Shown piece after piece: positions 50,197 to 62,317 of a DNA stretch of 64,000 bases (position 1 is its first letter; each line of letters begins with the position of its first letter). The notes beneath the pieces were generated by a model. It saw only the letters and a program-made list of their open reading frames with translations, was not told the origin of the DNA and searched no databases. Source of the DNA: Acanthaster planci (Eukaryota); NCBI RefSeq assembly GCF_001949145.1, contig NW_019091355.1, forward strand, positions 3,702,646-3,766,645, read 5' to 3'. Both the position numbers and the translations under genes were made by a program.

Positions 50197-53100
50197 AATC
50201 CTTCCCTAGTCATCGGAAGTTTGTTCCCTTTCTTGAGCACCTTTTTTTTAAAAATCCACGCCAATGGAATCGGTAGTTTTGGTGCAGATTCTTTCTGCGA
50301 GACGGTGGCTTTCTTCGAGTTGAGGCATTTTTACCTCAGGATATTTCAAGTGAGGAATACATGACATTAGTAGATGTACGTATTAATTTATAATCCATCG
50401 CGTTATCTGGAGACAATTAGAAGCAATGATGTGATTGCTTGGGTCACATGCAAGCACTGTGTTCCGTTCAAACTGTCGGCGGGCTTACAACTTGCCACAC
50501 TTTCAGAATACTCCTAGCTTGCATCCATGGGACTGCCTCAGACACATCTGATTGCGTTTGCGAGATTAGTCGGAAGCCATCTGGTCATGCTGTGAATGGC
50601 CATACACAAAAATTGACTCTGTAAAGTACGTCAGCAGTGAATGCTACATGTGTGTTGCTGACAGTTGACGGTGTTGGTAGTGCGAGTCGCCCAAGTCAAC
50701 TTCAGATTGATTACTTGTGAACTTGCAACTTAATAGTTAGCTTTAGTTTTTTTGGTCAACAACTGAAAGTTAAAATATTTTTTGGTCAGATGGGGAACAT
50801 GTCCATTGCAGAATTCCTTGAGTTTGTAAATAGTTGTGCGTATCATTTTGCACCTTATGACATTTTCTGGAGGCAGAAACATGCATCTGTAGATTAACTG
50901 GCCAGTAGAGATTTTCTCAGTTTTTCCCCATTATTTCTTTTCATTTAAAACTTTACGGAACTTGTGCGCTTTTTTTTTCTAAGTCATTTTCAATTGAGAC
51001 GTGAAACATATTAATCATTCTCCAACTTTTAGGCAAAGCGTTTTGTGCTTTCATTTCAAGATGTTACATGTCCTATTCCTAGCAGTGCAAATTTTCATTG
51101 TAGAATTAAAATGGTTTTAAAACCCTGCCAACAATTCAGCTGACGAGCACGGGATGGATTTTATTTAAGTGAAGGCTCATTTTGTGGAAATTGAAAACAT
51201 TTACATGTTGTAAGAAATTGTTTCTTACATTTGGAAGATGAAGCAGCAGGTAACGGAGTAGGGATCAATCATGTAATGAAATTCTTGAAATCTGTGAAAT
51301 GCTGATGACGACATCTGATCATGCCGTGGTTGAGAGATTACAATACTTGGCTCCTGAAATTTAAAATTTCAGATTTGTAATTAAGAGTTGCTAGTTATGA
51401 CTTTGAAGTTCATCTGCCATTGTGTTGTCCAAATAGTGTCTTGTCCTAAACAATCCTCACTCATACAAGTGATTATCCTATAGATGAATCCGATTCGACG
51501 TCACAACTGCAGTGGCGCTGCACTCGCACGCACATTTTTCAGCTTGACGTGAGCATGCACTTGGCAAATCACGACATCTTATTGGTCAAAGAGGCGCGCG
51601 TACCACCTGTCCACGAACGTTGCACCGCCGCAGTAATGGCTTCTAATTCTGGTTGTCGAATCACAGTATAAGTGCTCAGACACATCAGAAAATCAACCTC
51701 AAAGAAAGCAAACAGAAATTTTACCGGCGCCAGACGCAGACAACTTGTGACCAAAATAAACCTTTCTTCGTTTTTTAATTCTTCACAGGTGGCTGTGGTT
51801 TCTGGGCTTCATTAATACACCATCATTATGTACAGCACATCATAACGACAAGAACAGGGGGTCTGGGAGTTAGTGCACACATGTATAAATCAGTTATCAT
51901 CACAGTGGGATCTGAAAGATTCAAGGGGCCTGACTTCTCGTGACGTCAGTAAGTTCACAAAATGGGTTCTCTCTATCAGATTACCCAAAATTCTGCCCAT
52001 TGAGGTGGGTGAAACAAAAGGTGCCACGACAGTGTTGAGCGTAAGACACCGGTGCAGTTCTTAATTAGCAGCCTATTTACTACCCGAACAGGACTAAAAT
52101 TAGAAATCAAAGTTTTGGACTAATCAGTTGCAGCACATGTTGCGGGTACTAGCAAACCTGTTATATGGATTTTCTTTTTCTCTGAAGTAGTCGTTTGAAT
52201 GCTTAGCTACTGCTCTTTCTGACCCAGGCTCTTGCCATGGCGCTGTTGGGTAATCTGCGGTCACTCTATCTCAATGAAATAGTTCTACCACAGTTCCTGG
52301 CCATAACCAACCAACTTCTGCCCACCTCCAGCTCTCGATTTTTAATGGTGTTGGCACACTGGATCCTTCAGTGAGAAAACCCTGCTATGTACATGTGCAA
52401 CCTCCTTACTGATGGATCCAGTGACCATGGCAACGCTGTCACTGGTAATTTACAGTGGTCCCAGCAAATTGTGGTAAGCATCGTGATAACTACTGTACGG
52501 AATCGCTCTGCACAGAAAACAATACAATGTTTCAACAGCCACCAAAGGGGGCCACGGGAAATGTCTAGTGAAGCGTCACTGGAATCCTCTACAGATTTGC
52601 CAACCACTGGTCCAATCAATTTAAACCCACCTGTCAAGGTGGCAGCCACAATCTATAACCATGCCTATTTTGCCCCTTGGTATGCCCTTATGTGACACTG
52701 ACCACCGTAGCGGCTAGCCCAATGACCTTGTTATCCAAACACTCTTTTCGTTAATACTATGACTTATCCTCATTTACGTTGAACTTGGGGAGAATTTTCA
52801 GTGCAAATTTGCTCCGAAGCTCTGTTTTATGCAAAACTGACCATGCTGGCTCATTCAGAGGATGTTCAGTCATATGATGTTTGACGGTCGGTGTTCAATC
52901 TACACACGTGCACAGAAATGCACGCCATTGAAGTCTCTCAACATTCTTGCGTACATGAAATAATAGAAATAAGCAGATTTGAAAATGCACGTGCCTCCAT
53001 GGATGTGGTACGCTTGTTACATTACGTCACGTGAAATACCTCTGTAAGTGGAACCAATAAGTTGAACTTTGGGAATGTTGGATTACTACTTTACCAGCGA

Positions 53101-56100
53101 TCATCCCTTCTAATTACCATACCTCATACATATTCATGATCTTCCAAGGCACTCTTGTTGGCTATTTTATACCATTACCATCTGCCTACTGTTTCAAATA
53201 CACAATGGGTATACCGCGTGTTTAACAAGTAGTGAACCAGATACGATCCAGTGTATTTCTTATGGTCTTGTTAAGTCCAGAAAGCTGATAAATGCCACCA
53301 TTCACTCCCAACACAGACGCTGGGCAATTATAAAATAGCCAATCTCCAACCGTGTCGTAGGGGTGCAACAGCACCAGAGATACTAACACAACCCTGGCAA
53401 TGCAGGGAAAAATATATATCTATATATCTCTCTTGAGCCAAACTTAGCAGTGTGAACAATTTCAACGTTAGACCTGCAACAAAATCTTGGCATATTCGAC
53501 ATGATACGTACGAATAAAGCATTCAGCAGCACAGTGCTAGCTCCATAATTATGAAGTATGTAGTCCTATGTCAAATTACACCCTTTGGTACATTTGAAAT
53601 GAGCAGCCCTCTGATGCAGGACTGCATTGCTCACGGGGGGGGGGGCATTTCAAGTGGATCTGTCGGTTCACTGACACCAGAACCCGCCAAATGGACAGCG
53701 TGAACCCAGCCCTGGGATCACTGATCGCAATCCAGATCCATGTGAAACAAACAAGCCCATAGCCATTCGTGTACACCAACATCTATGGATCAATAATAAG
53801 AATTTTCAAAACACCAGATTTACAAAATGACGAAGTATCTTCAGTTTACCCAAATAAGTGTTTTTTGGGGGGGTGGGGCAAATAAAATGCCATGGATAAC
53901 ATCACTTATCTGTGACACAAATACGTGATGAACGTCCTAGTCCACTGTCATGTTTAACACAACTTAGCAAAATTGGACATTGTAACACTTTCTTGTGACT
54001 TTGATATGCTACAAGTGCATCATCAAACTGCGTAGAGTTAACCCCCCCCCAAAAAAAAACAAGGTCATGAAATTGGGCTTCAAAAATATTGCCTAAACAG
54101 ACTGAGTGTTTATGCAAATCAACTTAACGTGCCTTCTATGAAACAAACTTCTGAGTGTGATACAGTTGCTGCAAAAAAAAAAACAAAACAACACTTTGGG
54201 GGAGGAGAATTCAGGCATTTACCCTGATACAGATTAAACTTACAACTGTACGATCTTCTGTTAAGTACCTTGCTCAAATATTTTGATACACTTGCGGTAA
54301 AATATAGAAAAAAGAAGGTCGCAAATTTAAGCGATAAATACATAATTTAAGTCATACTATTTTAGTGGTCATGACATCAGTCCTGGACTGGTGTAAGGTT
54401 TGGCTGTAACTCCAGAGTTGCTCTGTCAAAGTTGTACTTTTTTTTACGCTAACTTGGTCACATTGCTTTCACACAAACACTGACACCAAGCCTTACCATA
54501 CAAACCAACCCAAATAACATACAAACTTTGTGTTACACAATCTGCAATAAAAAGAAAGCTTAAGTCCTAACATTTCAGAAAAATACTGAAAAACATGGGC
54601 GTTGGTTTTTTTTTGTCTTTTGTTTTGGTCAACCACAGTCTATATATAACCTTTGGAGTGTTCACCCCCATATAATGTGCCTACAGTGTTTATGTACATA
54701 ATTATACATATATTCTATGTTACAGATATCCCACACAAACTACACTGCAGTGTCCTCCTTGTTTGTACATCAGATTACTAGACTATATCTTGCTCCACAA
54801 GTGTAAAAGGTGCAGTGGACGAATATGTGGCAAAATGTACTTTTATACTTCAATTTTCCTCCAAAAATACATCTATATCCACTCTAATCGACGTGTCTAA
54901 CAACTACACATCAACTGCGTAAAGTCAAAATCTTTTGAGACTAAAAAAAAAAAAAAAAGACAAAATGTACAATAGTAACTTGTAATTATGAGGGGATTGC
55001 AACGTGAACAGTATCAACCTAGTCCCTGATGGTATTTGTTTTTCCCCTGTAGGTATAGTCTGGGGACTAACAACCAGACGTGTGAAGTCTATAGATCACG
55101 TTCAGTGAAGGAATGGTATCCGGCTTACGGTAATCGCGATCGTGATCAATGCATGTCTGTCTTTGATACCACACAATCGAGGCTTTGCACCTTTTTTTTC
55201 TTTTTTTCTCTCTCTCTACTGAACATGACTTGATGGACATCTCTAGAACTGTGAGCAAGGTCGAGTTATTTTACAAAGGCAGAGTTACGAACTTTACTAC
55301 AGTCTCACTGCCACCTCGGGAACAACGAACACTGTGCTCCAGGAAGCCTGAACGACCTCAACGTCCACTGACCTGGGCACTCACAGACTGGTACCTGAGC
55401 ACTGATTGCCAAGGAAGCTAGCCAGAATAATGGCCAAGTCCATGTGCCAACCAGTGTTCAGAAAAAAAAATGTTGAGAGATGGAAGCTTAGTTTGGACAT
55501 TAGCTGGGACGATACATTACAGGAGTGGTTCCTGAAGTGAACGTTAATCTTGACCTCCAACGGATCTACACAGCACCAATTCTGCCCATTATTCACGGGT
55601 CACACAGTACTGACCATGAACAGCACCTGACTGGGGGTAGGGTTGGGATGGACCCCCCCCTGTGAATCCCTTTGTGCCTACCAGCTGTACTAATCTTTAT
55701 ACAACCTGATAAAGTACAATGCGGTGATACGACTACAGGTGTGGTCCTACTTTTCTCCTTTTAGGCAGAGTATTTTCAGCTGAAGTCCTGTTACAGAGTC
55801 AGCCTTTTCCACATTCTGCAACGTCCGCATAGTGAGTATGCAGGCCGTCTGCAAAAAAAGCTAGTTAAAACTGTCACAGAGTCTGCCTGTCAAATTCAGT
55901 TGATCGCTTACATTTCTAGAGTGTGTCTCAATCTGGATGTACTTATGGACCAAAAATGTCCAGGACAGTTCTAAAGAGAATGGGTCGATTCTGTAAATTT
56001 TCAAAATTTCATTTGTTTAATTTTCAAGAATTCCATTTCCACAGAATTTTTTTTCTCTCGAGGGGTTAATGATTTAGAGATAAAAATGTAACAACCGTGA

Positions 56101-57461
56101 AATTTCAGGTAAATTGGAGTGATGGGGTCCATATTCAACCAACCAAACATCCACTAAACCTGCACCCGACACCAACTCCCCAGTAGCAGGTAGCAAGCCA
56201 TGTATTCAACTCGCCACGGACATGCTTGAAGATTTCCAATGGGGCAGTCTACATACGTCCGCTCCCTTTCCCTACATGGATCGCACTACAAAAAACCCCC
56301 AAAACAGTCAAACAACCAACGTAACCCTGTTCCAGAGGACACACTCCACTGTAAAATTTAACGCCCCTTTGGGTATGTCTGGTGCAGCAGATACATCACT
56401 GGTATCCTCAAATTTCATAACACAAGTACTTGCTACGATGGAAGGAAGTGTTGGTGAATTTATAAAACCCCCAGAGAACTACTCAGTTCACAAATGACTA
56501 TACTCGTTACTGACACTGTTTACTGTTTTCCTTTTCCTCAATAATGTAAAAACACACTTATAATAACAATGGTGATACTTAAAATCCTTTGGCAATTTGT
56601 TGCTAGTTTCTCTTGTCTTAATTCTCAACTCGTACACCTGTGCTCCTCTCGGCCATGACACAGTACGACTTTTTTTTGTATTAAGCTCCTTTTACGTGTT
56701 CACATGTACATTCCCTGACGTGTTTTTGGTGGGGACACAAATCCAGTGCAATTTCCACAGTTTCCCCACGCCGCTGTGAACACCCGTCCCTTCCTCTGCG
56801 CAAGAGATATTGGGCACGGCCTTGCCGTGGAACGTTGGGAGGACAGAAACTAGCGTCGTGAAACCCTGTTTTCGGTCAAGGTTGGCGGGGGGGGGGCTGT
56901 TCAGTACAACTTCTGTATGCATCCTTGACCCCAGCCATGTTATGCAGTTTAAAACCAGAAAAAAAGTATAGTTCACAAAGCACTGTGCGGTAATGCTTTT
57001 TTTCCCCTTTTACTTTTTTTGAGGGGTGGAGGTTGTGGAATTTGAACTTTGACCTCTTTGCCCCTCTGAACCGCTGACTGTAGACAAAATGGAGAAAATG
57101 TGGTAACTGCACGCTCGGGTTTATGTCCTCCATTCAGCATTAATTTAGTTTTACATAAGTATTCACATGCAACAATAAACTCCTTTTAAAATATAAAAAA
57201 CTAGGGCTTAAGGTGCAAGAAATGTACATTTTCCTCTATGAACAAGTGTCTAACATACTAATTTCTGTTTCAATATGGTAGAGGCTTTCATATGCTATAT
57301 CACGACCATTGCATTGCAGGGTGCACAGTGGTTAAAGTAACGAGCCTTCTAATTGGAGAAGAGCTGAGCAGGGAAGCCTTGTGAACCAATGACATTCCCT
57401 GTGGCACACACAGACACACGCACATAGATTTTGGTCAGAACTCGCCTTCATATGAGGAGAT

Positions 57462-57682
57462 TAGTGGCGTAGATGAGTCCATCACAAGTCCAGTCACAGA
57501 TTTCTTCACAAGACTGGTCACGAGTAACAGGAGGAACACTGACAAAAGAATACTTTTGTCAAAGTAATTTAAATATCTTGTGAACTGGCTCAAGACCGAA
57601 TGACTTGTGATGGACTTACGAAGATTTACAGGGACCTGTGATGGACTTACAGGGGCTTGCGATGGGCACGGCTACAACACTG
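57462..57682. mobile_element. Degenerate MITE-like inverted-repeat element
   Basis: Ends TAGTGGCGTAG / CTACAACACTG; perfect inner 15-bp inverted pair AGTCCATCACAAGTC (57476) / GACTTGTGATGGACT (57602) with internal short repeats; no TSD recognised. Confidence 0.5.
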
Positions 57683-58709
57683 GCGTGGACCTCCTCCAAT
57701 AAAGGTTGCCTACGTGCTAGAGCAGTTCATTATCGATCATAACGTCTTGGAAAAGGACTAGGCAACCCATGTCCTTTACTTGAGCAGTCCACATAAATTT
57801 GACATGACAATGATACAGACATGCTCTGTACTTCAAGTTGAGGATTGAAAGTGAGGTCCTCAGACAGTTCTCCAAAGAAACATGCCGTACTTGGAATTTT
57901 GAAAGGACACTTTTCTTTTATTGTAAGTCAGGGCCGCAGAGCTTGATTTCAAATCTGTGTAAAATCCAAGACTTCTTTGAAAACTGGTAGAAGAGAAAAA
58001 GTATCTCCAGGGTCAAAGTCTTTCCTACGCAACTGCAGTATGTTTCTCCAGTTTGTGGACCTGGATCAGTGCGATAGCTCTGTCCATTGCCCAAATGTGA
58101 AACCAGGAATTCATTACAAAAAGACAAGAAGTTCCAAAAACTGTGATATATTTTTTTTCCCAGAAATAAAAACGATTCAAGGAGATTTGCACACCTGCTT
58201 GCCAAGCTTGGGACCCACTCATACCGAAAGTCTCACTGATTAAAAATAAGTTGAAAAAAAAGGTGGTTAAACTTTTCAGAAGTAATACAAGGTCAAGACT
58301 GATGAAGCTATCATCATCTGACTGAGGTTGCCAAAGGGAAGGCCAACGTCCAAAACGGCTATGTCTGAAATGGGTGTACTGTTAAAAAAAGAAAGAAGGA
58401 ATGCCATCCCTCCTGGAAACTGCAGAATTAGTTATGGCTAGTGTGTGCGCGCGCTATTACCTTGCATACCTAGCGTGGACTTGTGAAAAAAAGATGTCCA
58501 CATGATGCAGGAAGGGAAGACGTTCTGTGGACATACCCATGTTCACAGAACGTTTCCTCTTCTCTGAAAAAGACATTTAGAGGCATTTTGGGGTTAGGTT
58601 TATATGCCATAAATGGAAGAGGAACAGTCACGGGAACCTTTTACAAAACATCTGCAGAAAACAGTGTTCCCAGTTCAAGAAAATGAGTATTTTCACTTAA
58701 TTTTCTTAA

Positions 58710-59289
58710 CCACTTGCTGCCGGGAGGAATTTGAAGTTGCATGGCATAAAACCGGGATATTTTCAGTTGTCAAAATTCTTTAAAAAAAATCATAACTTCA
58801 TTTACTGGACGTTTACACCCACACGAATGACTGTCTGGTGGCTACTCTAATCTGACAGACAATAACTATTGATGCCCGAGTATTTCAGCCAGGTTTGCCG
58901 TTTGGTAAAAAGAGCCCAGATTGTGCAGTGTTACGGAAGTTTTTTTGTTCCCCAAACTGGCACAGTGTGCCGCTGGCATCTTTTTTACAGAAGCCAGATT
59001 AGCATGCAGTGGTATTGTATTGCTCATCACTGGGATGCTGGAGCGTTTTGTCCCCGGTGGTAATCCGCTCGTGCTGAATACCACGAACAGTGGTATAATC
59101 TTTCAAAACAACGATGGATTTCCTCCTCTTTTGACAACTGAAAAAATGTTAACAATTCCCAGCAGCTCGGACTTATGTTTCGAGTACGGTCTTTTGTTAT
59201 AAGGCCTAGCTCTTCTGTCTGGTTTCGGGCTCCCCGGTTTCGTGTATAAAGCCCACGTGCACGAAACCAGGCTCCCCGGCAGCATATGG
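58710..59289. mobile_element. Non-autonomous piggyBac-like element
   Basis: TTAA on both flanks (58706-58709, 59290-59293); TIRs CCACTTGCTGCCGGGA / CCCCGGCAGCATATGG; no transposase ORF. Confidence 0.75.
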
Positions 59290-59979
59290 TTAACTGCCTC
59301 AAAACAAAGGAATGTCCACACTGAGTATGTAACGTATGTGCATGTGCCTGCAGCATGGGTGCATGTATAACGGGAGAAAGGGGAGGGGGGGGGAAGTGTG
59401 AAGAGAACAGGGAGAGTAGAGTCACAGAAGCTAACAGCTGCTTCAAATTCAATTATTAAAGTACTGTATCATGATATAGATATAAACATTTACAAACAAT
59501 AGCAATCCTTTCTGTGCCTGTCCAAATACCAGCTCTGCTGCTTCTCCTTACTGATCTGAGAAAAATGTGATTGACTGACGTCTTTCAACGCGGCCCGCTG
59601 CCTCCCTGAGGGCGCTAGACAACTCTGAAGCCACTGTCCAGATTACAATACGCTCAGAGACAGTGCACTGACATCAGAATGACCTTTTTTCCCTGTAGGG
59701 ACCTCTGTCGTGGTCCCAAACAATACCACTTCCCTCTTGGCCAACCGGATCGGTTCCCAGCCCACACAATCCACGGGCCACATCGAGGCCGCAATGAGAT
59801 TGTGGCTGGCACTCATCAGCTCCGACTGAGCAGTCTGGCGCCCTCACAGAGGAACCCAGGCAGCACACAACGTCTCATACACAAAATGCAGGAGGGTGAA
59901 CAGATGGTGGAATTTTTTTTTTTTCTTTTCACACGGAGAAGGTCGGGCACCAAGCCTAGGAGGCGGCGGGGGGCCGTCA

Positions 59980-60153
59980 TCATACGTATGTCACCGTGCC
60001 ATCCTCCCAGTCCTCGCAAGCCTCGTCTTCGGACTCCCACGACTCAGTCTCCAGTAGGTCGTTGGAGCTGCCGCAGGGGCTCATACTATCCTCCAAGTTC
60101 GGGGATCGCTTGTCCATGTCGCCGTTGTTGCCCCGCGTGAAATATAACCTGAT
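59980..60153 (-). CDS. PTEN: PTEN last coding exon
   Basis: Acceptor tttttctctcacAG; IRLYFTRG...ETESWESEDEACEDWEDGTVTYV followed by TGA TGA. Confidence 0.9.
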   Translation of the reverse strand: MRLYFTRGNNGDMDKRSPNLEDSMSPCGSSNDLLETESWESEDEACEDWEDGTVTYV

Positions 60154-62317
60154 CTGTGAGAGAAAAATCTATGAGTCAATATCACACTAGTTTCCAAAGC
60201 CTACTCAGTCAACAAGTGCTGGTTGGAAAATCTACACATGGTGTTGTTGTGGAAGGAAACCAACAAGCTAAACATAAAAACGTTCAGAGAACTACCAACA
60301 GGTCCAAGAAAACGAGAATTGAAGACCATAAAAAGATGGATACAGTACATGCCAACTTACACTAACAGGTAGACAAATGAAACAAGGACTTTTGACATGA
60401 CACTTGATCTCTATGTGACAACAGGTAAGAACCTCCTAGCTGGCCTCTGGTGGACAGCAAAGCATTTAGCCACTCCTGGTCGGTTCATGATTTTTGAAGG
60501 GGACCTGTTTCACCCTAGGCACCTGTTGAATAGGATCGCGTACATTCCTTGCACTGACGAGAGGGAGGGGGGTGGCAAAAGTTGGCTGTGAAAGTGTTTA
60601 CAAGGTATGGTAATTCCTAATTCGGGGCTTTGTGTGATTGCCACACAATGGAATACCACAGTGATGATCTTTTCCCACAATGTATGCCCTGTGATTGGAG
60701 CCTTCTAACAATGGTTTACCAGAATTGTAAATCTCTCCTTTTGGCCTAACACTATGTGTGATTAAAAAAAATCCATTTGTGTGCAGTCCACGTCTGCCGA
60801 CTGTCGACAAACTAACTTCAACTCAAACCAACTGGAATCTCAGTAGTTCACACTGAGCTCCTGGAAGTTAAGGTTAACTGAACAAATGTACAAACTGATG
60901 AATAAACCCAGTAAAATGGCCTGTGAAAAGTTACAGTAATAGTTGAGAGTTAGTTAGAGTTTAATTATAATTGAAATGTTCTTAAAAAATATCCAGAATG
61001 TGAAAGTTGTTTTGATTAATAAATAGGAGAAAACAAAACACAAAAAAATGGTGAAATAGCCCAGCCCCCGAGAGGTATCTCATTAACATGGAAAATATGC
61101 ATATCTGTGACATACATTTGAGAAGACATCGTCGGGTGCCGCTTGCCGGTCAATGCTCATCTTGGGTTGAAGACGTAAAACAGTGCCATTCACAGACACA
61201 CACAGAGAAGGTACACTTAACACAAATCTTCATGGAACAGGTGCCAAACACAGTTGACACCTAAGCACCCCAAAGACCCCACGCAGTCACGTCTTGACAC
61301 TTGTTGGTTCCAACAAGCAGCCTCGAGCTGAAATGATGCACCCGGCATCGCCCAGCCCCCTTTTACCTTGAGGTTCGGTGAGTACAGCTTGTTGGTCTTG
61401 TCCTTGTAGGCCTTGTCCAGCGCGTCCTTGTTCAGGCCCATGACCAGCTCCTCGCCCCCATTGGCCACCGGGATAACCTCCGTGTTGCAGGTGGCCGAGC
61501 CAGGCCGGCCCTGCTCCGTGATGGGGTGGATCACGAAGAAAGTGTTGAACCAGAAGTGGAACATGGACTTCTTGTCCTGGAGGTGCCGATGATAAAGGAA
61601 AAAGGAAAAAAAAAAAGGGAGATGGTGGCTAATTACTCGGGAAGATGACAAAACCTCAGAACAGCTTCTGCCGCATTTGCTCAAACAAAATGGAGTCGCA
61701 ATTCACTGTATTCAAAGCAGAGACTCCGTTTTCGGGTGTGGCAGTTCTGATAGGCCATAGCACATTGCTGGGCTTTTTTCAACCCCCCTAGGGTGTATGT
61801 AAAACCACACTTGAGATTGGAGGATTGAGGACTGTTGGGGCTGAAGTCCAGTTTATGTGCTGTCTGTGCTCCTAACCTGCTTTTTTTGTTTTTGCAGGTG
61901 AGATGTTTGATTGCCCGCTTGTTCTGTCTATCATGTTTGACCACAGCTGGCAGGATTGGGTGGTGTACCAAAACAATAAACCCCTAAACCCAGATAATGC
62001 CCCCCATAAAGAAACTACTCCGTAGCAGGGAATAAAGTTTCTCAAACAAATGCTCAGAAATACCACAACTCGCTTCAACGGCTTGACACCCCATCTCTGC
62101 AACTGAAACAATTCAGAGTAGCGGTCCAACTGTAATGGTTTTGGTCTGGGTTTTTTTGCTTTCCTTTTACTTTTAGTTTTTTCTTTTCAACCTTCAAAAT
62201 AAGGACTCGACTCACGAGCATGGATGGTTTGTGGAAGAACTCAACCTTGACGTCGCCGCAGATGGGCACCGTAGTGGGAATGTCAAACTCAATGATCCTC
62301 TCGCCTCTCTTGATCCC
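59980..62317 (-). CDS. PTEN: PTEN lipid phosphatase, 3' partial (C2 domain and tail); join of 62317-62216, 61576-61367, 60153-59980; phosphatase exons lie beyond the window end
   Basis: VPICGDVKVEFFHK, KKSMFHFWFNTFF, LNKDALDKAYKDKTNKLYSPNLK|IRLYF match the PTEN C2 domain; C-terminus VTYV* is a class I PDZ-binding motif; GT-AG phase-0 introns. Confidence 0.95.
61367..61576 (-). CDS. PTEN: PTEN penultimate coding exon (210 nt)
   Basis: DKKSMFHFWFNTFFVIHP...DKAYKDKTNKLYSPNLK; donor AAG|GTAAAA. Confidence 0.93.
62216..62317 (-). CDS. PTEN: PTEN C2-domain exon (102 nt)
   Basis: GIKRGERIIEFDIPTTVPICGDVKVEFFHKPSML; CAG acceptor, GTGAGT donor. Confidence 0.9.

Noticed and set aside
59956..59982. 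Stop-codon readthrough of PTEN (TGA-CGG context with GC-rich sequence)
   Set aside because: Double stop TGA TGA and another stop six codons later
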